From: Takakia lepidozioides
Taxonomy: Eukaryota > Plantae > Bryophyta
DNA length: 64,000 bases
NCBI GenBank assembly: GCA_030704615.1
Contig: CM060734.1
Location: 50,778,001-50,842,000 of the forward strand
Direction of reading: 5' to 3'
The translations under genes and the position numbers were made by a program. This document shows positions 39,401-59,501 of this stretch, piece after piece (the first letter of the stretch is position 1; every line of letters starts with the position of its first letter). Under the pieces are notes generated by a model. It was given only the letters and a program-made list of their open reading frames with translations. It searched no databases and was not told the DNA's origin.

Positions 39401-40541
39401 CTTGATTAAAACAGCTAAAGGAATTCCACTTTATCCCAGTAGTCATTATGCACATTGTCAGTAAAGGTCAAGGGCTGCTATGGTAACACCTGCAGCATGT
39501 GCATCACAGAATGCATCCAGCAGAAGCTCAATGGCTTCTTCTTTCCAGCCTTGACAGCTGGCATCACTTCCTTGCTGGGAATGGCAGGCCTGCCCTTGAG
39601 ATGTTTGCTCCACCTTCCAAATCCATAGTACCACATTTCAGTGGGCTATTCAAACATAATAACAAACTCTTCCTACATGGTGACCTGACCAAGAAGGCAG
39701 AATTGAAAATTCTCATCGCAGTCCGTCAACCCTCCCAACTATTGTAATCCCGACCCCTTCAAGCACGAGTCAATTACCTTTAGAAGACATGCTACACTGG
39801 AAGCAATTTGCCGAAGCAATTTCTCGATCTCCGATGGACCTGCAGTCACAAAAATAGAAAAGAGACAGACCTCAAATTAATAATACACAACAAGACTTCT
39901 CGTGATCAACTTCAACAAGGTAAGGCCATACGACACAAAGCGGCACTGGCGCCGCACAGAAATCCGCAGCATAACTTAACCACTGGCTTATAGCAATTGT
40001 GACCAAGATAAGCTCAATTTTGGTCAGTTCCAAGAGAAACAAAACATGACCTGATCACGACGAGAATGCATCTAAGCCCAGCTTGTAATTGCTTTCGGTC
40101 TGAAGAGGTCGGTCATGTTACCACACACACATTGCCATATAGGTAACATTTGAGCTGAAATTAACTATTGGGTTGTCCAGGATCAAGCAAATTCCGGTCA
40201 GTCGAAGAGTAACACAATGTGACCTGATCACATGGAGATAGGATCCAAATGGCTATCGGTCTGAAGACATCCTGCCTACTACACTGCATTTCACCTTACC
40301 GCACAAAATTCCCCTATAGGAAATATTCCTCTCCGCTGGATATTACAGAGCTTACCATGCTCGTTCGATTTGAAATCACAGCTGCCTAAAGACGTATCAC
40401 AAAAGAAGATAGACTCCTTTGGCCTCTTTTGACGAATAAAGTGTGTTCATTCTTCCCAAGGAAACAGAAAGAAGACGGTGCCTTACGAGATGAGGTCACG
40501 CACGATCGAAACTGCTCCAGCAGCGCTCGCAAGTCCTCCAT
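33449..40541 (-). CDS. Large helical protein, candidate Fanconi anaemia group A (FANCA)-like
   Basis: Long open exons (about 38250-38915, 37145-37960, 33686-34830) plus small GT-AG exons from a putative ATG at 40541 (MEDLRALLEQF). Several motifs are collinear with human FANCA as recalled (see findings). Both gene ends and some exon borders are tentative; the stop could be 33671. Confidence 0.55.
39000..39068 (+). mobile_element. 69-bp LINE family A tail inserted in a (TC)n tract
   Basis: Ends ATGAGTACAT; TSD TCTCTTTCTTG at 38989-99 and 39069-79. Confidence 0.85.
39165..39250 (+). mobile_element. Old copy of LINE family B 3' end
   Basis: TTTTGTCCCATAAGCTCGTGGAGCTTCCTGTG resembles the reverse complement of 57902-57933. 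Confidence 0.5.
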
Positions 40542-40934
40542 CGCATCGCTACGCTGCAGGAGCGAAGGAACTCGAGAGAAGCTAGAAGAGAGTCCCCATT
40601 ACCCCCCAGCAGGCTATTCATCCATATTCTGGATGGATAGTTTTCCTTCCCGTTGAGTGCGTCTCTTTGCATTCCTGTTTGTGGGGGTGGGTTGCAAAGC
40701 TGCTGCAGAATCCATGGTGTGGGTGGAGAACTGGAGCTGGGTAGACCAATCTGTGCCCGCATTGCACCTGCAATCAGATCAGGAGGATGCCGGGGAGGTG
40801 GGGGAAGCAGGGGTGTAGAGTACATTGGAAGAAACGGGGTGTGGAGGTGGAGAGATTCGTAGAGCCCTTTAGGGAGTAAGCACGCTTCATGAAGAGCGAG
40901 AGGAGGGACGGGAGAGAGAAGAGTGTGGAAAGAG

Positions 40935-48189
<7,255 letters not shown>

Positions 48190-48769
48190 TTTGGGGACTG
48201 CCTGGTAGAATCTGAAGTTATTATCCAATTGAAGAACCTATGTAGTGCGGCCCAAACCCACATTCCCCCTTGGTTTTTCACAATCCACGTTCACTGTGAA
48301 TTGACCTCATTGCACAGCTTTCTGAGCGACAAACGCCTACCAATACTCCAGCTACAACTGGAAGTGGCAACGGGCAGGCTCTGCATGGAGATCGGAGGAG
48401 AGTCCTAACCAATAAACAAATGTCATCATATGACTGGTCATAAGCACAAGTCTTCTCCCTTGCTACACCAAAATAGTCAATAGCATTCGGTCACAGTTAT
48501 ACATCAATGAATTGAGTCTTCCTTTCTCTGAAACATTGTGTTATCCATGGCCACTAGACCTGACAAATTCACTTACACAAGATTTCTGCTGAAGAAAATT
48601 TATTATGTCAACTTTCTGGAAAGCAGACAAGTGAGAAGAAAGAGTCTCCACATTTCTATCTGATTGTATGTCATGGTCAATGATTTACCCACAGGTAGCG
48701 AAGGCCAAGAAATCAAAAGGTAAGAAAGATTAACAGAAGCATTGTGAAGTTGCCAAATCATCATTGTCA

Positions 48770-51700
48770 CTACCAAAATTTGAGCCTTAAATTGTGTGCC
48801 TCTGCCAATGCCATGAAGCCAACAAGTGTTGCTAGGTAGGCCAACAATGTGATGCATGCCCAAAAAGGACCTACAAAGATGGTATGCATGCTCATGTTCA
48901 CCACTCCTGTCAGCACATTTGCCTGCACAACATAAGACCGTTCATGTTACTTGCTGCTCCTAACCAGAATTCAATACAGTCAATACAGTTTTAGCTTCTA
49001 GAGGGCATTATTCACAATAAGAGAATCTCAGCTTTTTAGCGGGGCCTGTTGAGCTCATTCTGGCGTACAGACTACCGTATTAGAATCTGACCATTTCATT
49101 TGGTCCATAGCGTGCATGGGAGTGAGAACTGATTAGACTTACCAGTAGAAATGTGGGAAGCAAGTTGTGGTCAAAAATGTCCAAGACCAAAACTCCTTTG
49201 GGTGGAACCAGAAGATCGGCTAGCATAAATAGCCCGATTACCTGCATCATACCCAATTACTTGAATGTAACAACAATTCTAGTAACAACCCTCCACTTTC
49301 CCAAATCTCTTGAAAAAGACTCTCCACCTGTCTCCATCATAGTATAGATGCAACATCTCATATAACATCCAGATGAAACAAAAACAAACCATGAGAAAAC
49401 ATTACCTCAAAGTTTTGGGCAAGCACAAACATCACATACGCCAAATTGCACTGGAACCACACCCACTGAAGATAATTTAGTCTCTCTCACTGCCAAAAGA
49501 ATCACCAAGGAAAGAGCCCACTTCAAAATACTCAAATTCCCTTTCAAAAAGGATGGAGTTGACTTGACACTCTGATAAAAAGCAGCAAGCTTTAGCTGTG
49601 AATGCACGTTGTGTAGCTTAAACACATGATGATCACAAGAGGGAAGAGCAGCTACATTTATGTGTTGATGCCAGTCGCAACACCAAGCTAAAATTACGTA
49701 CTAAGTCCAGACAACAGAGAATCAAGACTCTTTCGTAAAGCTAGGTGCAAAACGCATCTTATTAAACAAGCAATGTTTCAAGCTATCACATACACAACTT
49801 TGCAGTGTATCCCCATCAGCGGCCATGCTTATCTCATACCGTGCGGCGGGAGATCTGCTCCACAAAGTGATCCAGAAAGCATGCTAAACCCCTTCACACC
49901 CCACATACCCAAAAGTACAACCAGTCAGCACCAGCAACTACCCTGGCCAACTGATGGAGACAGATAGGCAGCCCTACCACAGACAGAGAAATGGTAAAGA
50001 ACTTGAACAGTCCTTTGGACTGAACACTCTAGCAACATCAACAAATGCAAGCCCTTCTGTGAGGAAATTGTGATTTTCTGGGCGGCCCACTTACAAGGTG
50101 CTTGCCTTATGTTGCCAGAGTGTCCAGGGTCCAAAGGTCCATTGTGAGTTCTATGTCATTATTTTCATCTCTGCTCAGAAGAACAAGTGAAACTGGGATG
50201 ATATTTCTTTAGCACCGAGTCCATGTCAATTTTACAAAAAATCGGCGGTGGAGTCTCGACGGTGATCAGTCTCATCGACGGGTACCACACTCGTATCGAT
50301 CTACAACACCAACCTCAAAAACGAAGGCCTGGGACGAAAAACTGATGCTACAGAACTTCTTGACCTTACCAAAGAGCCAAATCAAAAAGCAAAATCTCCA
50401 CCACAGTCCACCAGTGTGACACCACTGCTTTCCCTTTCGTCTCGCTGTTGGAAGATTCCTCAGACCGTTGCAGAAAGTTTCCCTGCGTGAAGTTGAGGTG
50501 GTGGCCTGCCTGTACGCTGATAAGGTAGAGACCCCAGTACCCTGCCAACCACTACTCCATAGTCTATCAGACCCAGCTAAGACTTTCTGCATAGAAATCA
50601 GAGGACTGAGATTGCCTAGTGCATCTCCAGAAATTACAGAGTTTCAGAATCCTGGTGATCTGATAAGTACCGGCCAATTTTGTTGCGTGGGCTGAAATAT
50701 GAAGTTTAGACTGAAATACTTGTACAAATTGTTGGCAAAGATATGGATTGTGAATAAGAGTCTCTCGAGAACGCACCAAACGTGCTTGCAACACCTTCTT
50801 TGTTTAGGCTCAGAATCCCTGGTCCTCTCTCGGATGAGAGCAGAAAAGTGTTGAGACCACATGAGAGCACTATCTGGTAGACTGCATCTCCAACAACCCC
50901 ACATGAGTGGTGACTCGTGCAGTTTGTATATTAGTCCGACCTCCACAGTAACCCTGGCCCCAAGAAATTGAAATCCGAACAGAGGAACGAAGGTCCTAGG
51001 TAGAAATGAAACGAAATGAAATGAAATGGTACTTTATAACATCCGCAGGAAGCTCAAAGAGCTAATTGGTCATAGGTAGAGAAAGGACTCCATAACAATC
51101 CTCAGAAAAGTCAATACAAGATTCTTTTATTCTGGCATCTTCAAGAACATATTTGACATTTGATCCTTGCAAGGTCAGGTACCTGTGAGAATAATGATGC
51201 CCAGAGTACCACAATAGGTGGGTGGTATGTGTACCAAGGAGGTGAGGAGTGCCACGGCTGCAAGAGTGAAGAAGAAATTCCAATGAACCCCATACTCTGC
51301 TACATGTTCCTGCAACCATTTCACTAAGCGGAATACGGCCTCAGATTTCATCAAAAGGAAGAATATGTGGGGCTATCAATCCAATGACTATGACCATGAA
51401 GTCACTTTGTGATAGAGGGACCCAGAGGAGCACATATAGATTCTAACCCTGAGCAGAAAAGCAATAACACTCACTTGATAGTCAACACCCTTTGTCACAA
51501 TGAGTCTTGCAATTCCCAAAATCAGAAGAGGGCTTGTGTTTCGCAACACACCTCCATATTTCCTGCATTGTATACCCAGTAACAGCTTTATCCAGCTTGG
51601 AAATGTAAGAAGAGTCCATTAATGATTTTAAAGTGATTCCAATCAGTATCTGAGTTGGGAGCATGGCAGAACATGCAAATGGCCAAGAGATGGGAGGGAC

Positions 51701-54700
51701 CAACATACGAAGGTGGCAGGTTCCGAGCTTGTCGTGACACAAGTGCATTGGCAACCACAAATGAGCCCACGCCAATGTCCATCTGCTTTTTCCCATCCCT
51801 ATCAGCTTCTCCATGCTGCTGAACACTAACCTTAGGAAGATACTTGCATTTGTAAACAAACAATCCCAACTGGTTCAGACAGGACAACTGCAAACAACAT
51901 GGATTTAAAAAAGAACTAACTGACCAGTCCTGTGCCGTAGGTCTCCGTCTTGGCATATCTCCTTGGTAATACAGTGAAGTCCACTGCCAGAATCGTTACA
52001 CAGGTCACCAGCATCTGCCCCACAATTGGATAGCACAGTTGGATAAGTAGAGCCTCAGACTCTCAAAACATTCACTGCTTTGGTATGTAGTAGTTTGATG
52101 ACGATCCAGTCTCCTCTGATTCATTTTCAGTGTATTGCAATACTTCAACATTCACTATTATCCTACATATTTGCTTCATAGCTACGATATGGTAACTGGT
52201 GGAACTTGAACCCTCCTAAAACAAGTCTACAGCCAAATTCGCCCAAAATTATGAAAGGCTTGGACCAAGCTTGCTTGCTTGTCAGAAGTTGGCAAATGTT
52301 TGCTTTTTAGCAGAGACACACCATGACAAAGCGGTAGGAAGACAAATAAGCCTTCCGAGATGACTCGTTCTGTGTCTGAGAGGGCACAACTGCCAACGGC
52401 GACCATTGCAACCTACAAACACAGCACATAGAAATGTAATTGGATGATGCACCAATTAGGTGTTGGCAATGACGACAATGGTACTCTCATTGGCCTACCA
52501 GAAGGTGACCTCCAAAAGCTAATTCAACTTCAGTTGATGCCACTAAATGACCCTTACCATCGAGCATTTAGGATAGTTGCAAGCAAAAGGCCCAGGACAC
52601 CAGCTGTAATCGAGTACACCCAATCTGCCAGAATCTGCAAGTGTCCTCAAGCGTGATGGCTCAGCAGGAAACACTAACATCCATTTGGCAACTAAAGCAC
52701 ATCAGTAGTCAGAGGCATTTACTAATAGAACAAATGAAAAACCCTCGAGTGCAAAGTCTAGGTAAGAATCTTTGAAGTCTAGATTTGAGTTCGCCGTGAT
52801 AGTCAACATGATCAGGAGTTTCTGCATATTCAGTCTCAAACACTTGCAATCACATGAATGGCAGGGCCAACTAATTTGTGGAAAAGACTGTTGGGTAGAA
52901 ACAGCTATGCTAAGCAAGTGAAGCCATTGCAACCAAGCCATCCAACAGCCACACTACATGAATAACGGATCTGCAAACAGGGTCTGTTACAAACACCAAC
53001 TGATACCCGATCCTGGATCAAATAATATTTGTGTCACCTCCTTTCTTGGATGTTCCCAATGCAGGTTAACAAGCAGGAAGCTTGGCTGCCATGAGTGGCG
53101 GGTGAAGTTGTAACAATGACATGAGATTTGTTTTCAGGGCAATTGCATACCGTCAGACAGGCTAATGTGGGCACGATCACCACTATGAAATCCAGCACAA
53201 GGTCTAATATGAGCATCTGCAACTTTGCTGGCGTTGTAGGCTTTGTGCTACTGGAAATTTCTTTCTCACCTGCAAAACAGCCCTCTTATAGGTCATTGAC
53301 ATCAAGAAAAGGATCACACCCTGTAACTCCGGGGGCTCTTACACGTTTTCCCCGAACTACAGGCTTATATCAGAAAATCTTAATATGAGATGCAAGAGCA
53401 TAGTAAATGTGTCCTCTTCAGAAGTTGAAAGCAATGCTTTCAATCTTCTACCCACCCACAAAAACCTGATTATTTCTCTGAATTGCCATCAATGAAACAG
53501 AGCTGCGGATAAGGAGGGGTAAAGTTGACAATGATGTCCGCAGGTATAAGAAATCTACTACTTGCAGAGTTAATCAGTCATAAACCAAAGAAGAAGGGTC
53601 CAACTTCCTACTATACACACCACACACAACTATCGTTGATAGCAAGAAGCATCTTTACAGTTCCACCCCACTTTCTCATTCCAATTGAAGAAGACCTTCG
53701 ACAGAAGGCTAGCCAGATGAAGAACCCAAGAATCAAACGGTAATCAGAGTGACAAAAGTGAACTTGAGACTTCATAAGTGTCATGGCAAGATCACCTGAT
53801 GACAACAGTAAACCTCCCCATTGTCGCACAATCACAAATGTCTGCATAACCAAACACCTGCCTCAAAACAAGGATTTATACAGGAAAGGGTATAAAAGCT
53901 ATAGCTAGCGTACTTTTGTCCAACCTCGTTACAGGATGAATGTAAGGCTTCGGTAACTACGCCTCTGCTTATGTTTCAGTGGTGATCATAGACATGCTGT
54001 TGAGGAATCTTGTTGTTACCAACTTTGCAGCTAACCAGAAGGACAAGGGAGCCCTAACAAAGGTAGTGCCTACTCCCTACGTTTCCGTCAGAACTGGGTG
54101 CAGGGTCTATGGCCACAAGGCTACTACAGACAGAACTTATGAGTACATTCTCTCTCTCTGAATGTGCCCAATGTGCGGGCAGCCTGAAGACAATCGCCAT
54201 TTTCTGATACATGGTCTGGGATATTATCACCAGAGAGTGACCCTCTTCAAGAACATCAAGAACATTGTACCCACACCTCTGTTACACAACTTTGCAAATC
54301 TTGAGGCTGAGCCTAAAGCCCTGGCCCTGGTGGGGTCTAATTGGTGGGCAGCTCACGCACTGCAGGTTGATCCTTGTGTGAAGGGCATTCTGAGGATATT
54401 TAAAAACCCGATTTAATTTTCTTTCCATGGTAAGCCCTCACAAAGGTAGTGTCTGTTCCCTTTCCTTCCACCCAAACTGGCCGTGGGGTCTATGGCCACA
54501 AGGGTACGGCAAGCAACGTCTATGTGTTCATTTTTGTAACGTGGTTTATAGGTTTTCTACTTTGTACCAAGGGCCCTCGGGGTCAGTGGAAGCTCTTTCT
54601 TTCCTTTTCTCTCCTTAAAATCCTTCTTCTAATCTCTTTGCCAGGCCAAGCATAGGACCTATGGCCGCTAGGTCCACAAGACAACAGTAAGCACCATCAA

Positions 54701-55259
54701 CAGACCACATTCTCTCTTCCCCTTTTTCATGTCTCCCTAATTTGTATGACTGAATATATGGAATCGTGAAAATGCACAATTCCTAAAGCCAGCAACTAGG
54801 GAGAGGAGCATGCTCACAGGCACAACTGCAGATAATGCAGCAATCTCCAGCATGGTTGTGCCATCCAGGTTACTCACAAACCTGGTCAATTGCATCACAG
54901 AGCCCACAAGAATCTTGAAATCGATAAGAAAATGATGTAAACTTACAGCGACCAATCCCAGCAGTGAAATTGCGGCAGCACACGGTAGAAGTTTTTTCTT
55001 TCCCCCCTGATTTCACTATGAAGCGAAGACTCAATGCTTTGCCACGAAGGGTCGTAGTTTGGTCCATGCGTGCAAAGCAATGGTACAGTGACCACACCAG
55101 GGGAGGGGATCGCACAAAGACTACTAGTTAGTGGATGAGCCAGGAGTTTGTACCACCAGAGAGAAGCCCATAGTAGAACAGTATTCAAGCAAGGCGAGAA
55201 ATTTCAACGTACTCCTCCTTCAGGCGCTTGTGCATACTGAATGGAGAGCTTGCATCCAT
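48770..55259 (-). CDS. PIGW: GPI inositol acyltransferase PIG-W / GWT1
   Basis: Multi-exon gene: [16 protein letters not shown]|[13 protein letters not shown]; [23 protein letters not shown]|MDIGVGSFV; KGVDYQ|[17 protein letters not shown]; LNKEGV; ISRRT|CNLAY; FLL|ANVLTGVVN...LRLKFW*. Confidence 0.95.
51005..51072 (-). mobile_element. 68-bp tail of LINE family B ((CATTT)n tail)
   Basis: Closely similar to 57869-57921; TSD TAGGTAGA at 50997-51004 and 51073-51080. Lies in a PIG-W intron. Confidence 0.85.
54045..54530 (+). mobile_element. Two tandem LINE family A fragments
   Basis: 54045-54150 ends ATGAGTACATTCTCTCTCT and is followed directly by [16 protein letters not shown]...tail (54162-54530). 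Lies in PIG-W intron 2. Confidence 0.88.
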
Positions 55260-56983
55260 AGTGATTGCCACCTGCTTCTCTGCCCAACTCTTGACTTCCT
55301 TTGGTTTCAGTCTTCGATCCCACCTCAGCGTCTCTCAAAAAGATCGATGTAGAAGGGGTTTAAGGTATGTACCTACGATTCACGTGGGCAGACAGAAATC
55401 TGCACGCAACTCGCCCATACAAGCAGAAAGTGTTGAAGTCTCGTCGTGTTATACACAGTGATCGAGGGAATACTTAACAAAAGAAAGATTCCATCCCCAA
55501 ATGCAAACAGGAACTTACGAATTAGGACAGTTGATGATAAGGTGCAGAGTGCAGAGTCTTCGGATTCTCCTTTCAAGGTCCCTCCCTTACGGGAATATGC
55601 CTCGAAATACTCCCGCTCAAATTGGACGAACATTCTGCAGATTGGACGAAAATTCTGAGCCGTTCTTCACGTTCGGGAACTCGGGCAGGGGCCTTCCCCG
55701 TACATGCCAGAGACGCCAGCCACTGATGCCCGGATATCCTCTTTCAGTCAAGAATAGTTATGTGACCGAGCATCTCTCTAACTTCTTTCTAGGTGGGCTT
55801 TCATTACGTGTATGCCGGCTTCCACGGGGCCTCGGTGGGAGCAGTTCCTTGGTGGCCTAGCTATATACGTCCGTCAGCGCATCAGCCCATCACTCTTCTG
55901 TGGTAGAGTTCCTGTGTCGCATGAGTCTTCTCTGCTCTGCTTAGTTCCTTGGTGGCGTAATGTCGTTGGTGAGTCTTCGGTGCAGGTGCGGACTTTCTCT
56001 GCTCGCTTAGCCTCTTCTAAGATCATGAGTCTTCCGTGGTGTTTGTTTGTTTGTGTCGTTGTTGTTGTGTTTTAGTAATGGCTATATCTCAATGACCCTG
56101 GTTGTTTTACTCATTTTATAGTGCGAGTGACTCCTCTGAGCTCATTGCTCTCTTTGTTTTTCCCTTAGGATGGTTGGGCTTGATTGTTTGGGTTGTTTAG
56201 TGTCACCAGGCACGCTGTCCCGGGTTTTACATTGTTTTCCTTTACTGTCACCACTTTTCTTCGTGCTTTGCTACTATAGTTGTGGTACTTTAACGGTGGT
56301 GGAGTGCCAGCTATATTGCTACTGATATTAGCCGTCTGTGGTGCAGTACTAGTTCCTTGGGGTGGCGTATATAGTGTCTCCCAACAGTCTTCAGTTCAGG
56401 TGCAGTTCCTTACTGGCTTAGTCTTTCCCTGATCATGAGTTTTTTGTGGTGCAATTCCATAGTTTGATTCTTTCTGTTGTGTGCTTAGACGTTCCATAGA
56501 TTGTGACTTCTCCGCTTATTGTTCACTCGTCGTTGTTTAAGACAACACATGCTTAGGACTAGTAGTTCATATGCAGGTTGTCTGATCGTGTAGTGGCTAT
56601 TATTGACTACAGTGAATTTTTAAAGTCATACGGCGACTTTGTACAGATAAACCACCGTTTGAGGTTTTTTTCTCAACCCAACGCATTTGTTGCAGGGTTG
56701 TATAGTGTCATGGGCTTGATATCTCGCTCCAATGAGGCTGCTCACCTCGCACTCCGTCAACAGTATTGTTAGCTTTCGGAGCTCACAGTGCCTGTCGAGA
56801 GTGATAGCCCTAGAAGCCCTTTAGCCCAGGGCGGTAATCAAGTCTCTTAAGGCACAGTTTCTGTCCACCGCCGTGCTAGCTAGGGTGCATCGACGTAGGC
56901 CTACAGCTTCTGTCCACAATGGTTGGGTTCATCCTAGTCCTCCAACCGAGGCCGGTAATCTGGTCTAAGGCAATAGACCGGAT

Positions 56984-57188
56984 GGGTACTTCCGAGCTCT
57001 CCAATTTCTGAAGAAGATTGAGGATAGCTTCGTTAATGAGGAGCGCCATGTCTACAAGCTATTCTTCGATCTTCCTTAGGAATTGGAGAGCTCGAAGTAC
57101 GGCAAAGGATTATGTGAGTGAAGCTGGGGCGGCCAGTCTTTTTCACAACTGCACTGATCTTCTAGAAGAATTTGGGATTGCTGTTTGA
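56984..57188 (+). pseudogene. Paired amphipathic helix (PAH, Sin3-type) domain remnant
   Basis: RALQFLKKIEDSFVNEERHVYKLFFDL/LRNWRARSTAKDYVSEAGAASLFHNCTDLLEEF with one frameshift near 57074. Possible decayed upstream exons at 56577-56900. Confidence 0.7.
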
Positions 57189-57870
57189 GTGCTAGCGCTA
57201 GATCGACACTACTTTGGGAGGTCTATTTACTGGCCTGGATTGCAGGACATGGTTATACCCGACCATTGTGGGCAGGAGCTGTGGGCCTCTGATGTAGCAG
57301 CCAATCACCCTGATGGATATGTGTGCCTTGACAGACCTGATTTCCGCCCTGCGCTATAGGTTGACATATCGCTCTGCTCACCATTCAATGATCAATTACG
57401 AATTTGCCACCGTATTCCTCAACGGCGCACTATATCCCATCCTCGATCCATTCGATGTCATTGTATATATGTCTGGATCACCGTATTAGGTGATAGGTCA
57501 CCATGGCTGTGGAGTGCAGATGATACTCCTTCTCTGGCTGGTTCCATTTCTTCTCTGTTCAGACTGTAGGGCCTATGTACATTGTTCTTGCCTTTTCAGG
57601 TAATAATCAGTGTTTCAAGTTTCAACTCTAATTCTTGTGTAATCTGCGCCGTGTATTGGCTTGGCTACTTTCTTCATTGTAATTTGTAACATGGTGCCAG
57701 ACCAATCATCTCCCAATCATTTGCAAATTGTTAGAGATGGAAATGACTCCATGTGATATGATAGAGCCCGTGGCTCATTTTAAGAAGGTAGACACAAAAA
57801 CATAACAATAAGAAGCTTTCTAGTCTACTGATAAGCCTTTTTTAAGGCAATTCCGTAAGCACGTAGAAAT

Positions 57871-58620
57871 GAAACGAAATGAAATGGTGCTCTATAACGT
57901 CCGCGGAAAGCTCAAAGAGCTTATGGGACAAAATGGAAGAAAACATGAGAGAGGAGACAAAAACCAGAGCCACAGATAAGCTCGAGATAAGAACTATTGT
58001 TCGAGTGATTGTCTAAGGGTGAGTGCCTCGGTAAGCTGCCAAGCATTTCTGATATTCATAGTGGATGACTTCAGTGAGAGATTGGGTTCCACGGAAGAGA
58101 CAATGGAATCTCCCACAGGTCTCCCACGGATCTCATAGTATAGAGGGCACTAGAAGAGAAAATGTTCTTCAGTTTCAATTTCCTGGTTGCGCCCTGTGCA
58201 AGCTGGACATAGGCGGTCCTCCCGCTGCAGGTAGAGAGAAGAGTTGAGAGATCTATTCGAGTGCAATCTTAGCAGGAGAGAGAGAGTTTTGCCTCGGAGG
58301 CGCTTTGTCCTGATCCTTCTATCAGATACTGTGAGGGAGCCATTAATGAGGTAATATAGAGAATGCAAAGAATTGAAGAGTGCAGTGTATGATTGAAACT
58401 GGGATTGAACGGAGGTGCGAAACTTGCACATTCAGATTATATATTGCATTGACAGGAAACAAAAAGCAAGCGTTCGATAATTTATTGAGCAGGTGTGACA
58501 GATAGAGAGCTCAGTACTCAAGCTTCGATTCAAACGTGAGCACGCGGAGAGGATCCAACGCTGCTGATTATTTCCAGCTGATTACAATGCCAATGGAGGC
58601 TCTATTGAACTCAGTAGCTT
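57871..58620 (-). mobile_element. 5'-truncated LINE family B
   Basis: Zn finger DRLCPAC...ETEEHFLF*C, (CATTT)n tail, TSD CGTAGAAAT at 57862-70 and 58621-29. Confidence 0.85.
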
Positions 58621-58652
58621 CGTAGAAATCCTTTTCTGGAGTCACAACACCA

Positions 58653-59501
58653 GTGAGGAAGTTGTCCTCCTCAGAAGTCCAACATCTACTGACATTTTCG
58701 GGGAAACCTGCATCGACATCGTTATTCTCCTCCAAACGACAACCTCAAAGCACGGTCCAGGCAACTCTAATGGAACCAACAGAGCTGGTCAATGAAAATT
58801 CGTTGTGGGAATTTGGAAAGCTTTGCCATAACTTGACTTACGCTGGAGGCTCCACGGGTTATAGGTTTGGTACACGGAGCAGTTCTGCCAGTTCTGCTCC
58901 TCCTCATGCAGGACGGTCTTCAGGCTTCTCGGCCACGTCCTCGGGGGAGGTTCGCACATCTCAAGGCACTAAGCAAGAAGCCTGGAGGAAACGGAGAGAA
59001 GAAGAAAAGAGATGGCCCCTTTGCATAAATTGCGCCAAGGAGGTTTTGTGGAGGATTCCTCCATGTACAGACAGATATTCGTAATTCGTTCTTATGAAGT
59101 GGGCGCAGACAAGGCAACGTCGATTGATACTTTGTTTAGTCTATTTCAAGTGAGTGATAACTTCTCCGTGCTCGTGCTCGTTCTTCGTGACATGTAGAAA
59201 ATAAAATGTGAAAGAATTGCCCATGCAAGGGTAGCTTATGGTGTCACTTGACCCCAAGGGCTATTTTGTGGGAAGGTGGACACCTCCCCAACATCTAGAC
59301 TGCATACATTCTCCAATTCATTTTGAAAATCTAGCTTTTGAGGCAATGCACAAGCAATTGAGTTCCTCAAAATCACCTGTGAAAGTCCTTAGAATTGGAT
59401 CAAAGTGGCTTATAGTTGTGGCGTTGATCTGGATTATGCAGGAAATGGCACTTTGTCACTTATTAGGTATTAGTTGGACGGCTTTGGAGCAACACGCGCC
59501 A
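58653..59501 (+). pseudogene. Acyl-ACP thioesterase (Fat) pseudogene, 5' part
   Basis: LRQGGFVEDSSMYRQIFVIRSYEVGADKATSIDTLFSLFQ|EMAL.H...DGFGAT with the conserved intron position; two frameshifts; broken off by a LINE at about 59501. Confidence 0.8.

Noticed and set aside
55845-56455. Diverged ~100-bp direct repeats (55941-56040 vs 56349-56452)
   Set aside because: A real but old duplication with no termini or coding signal; no function can be supported.
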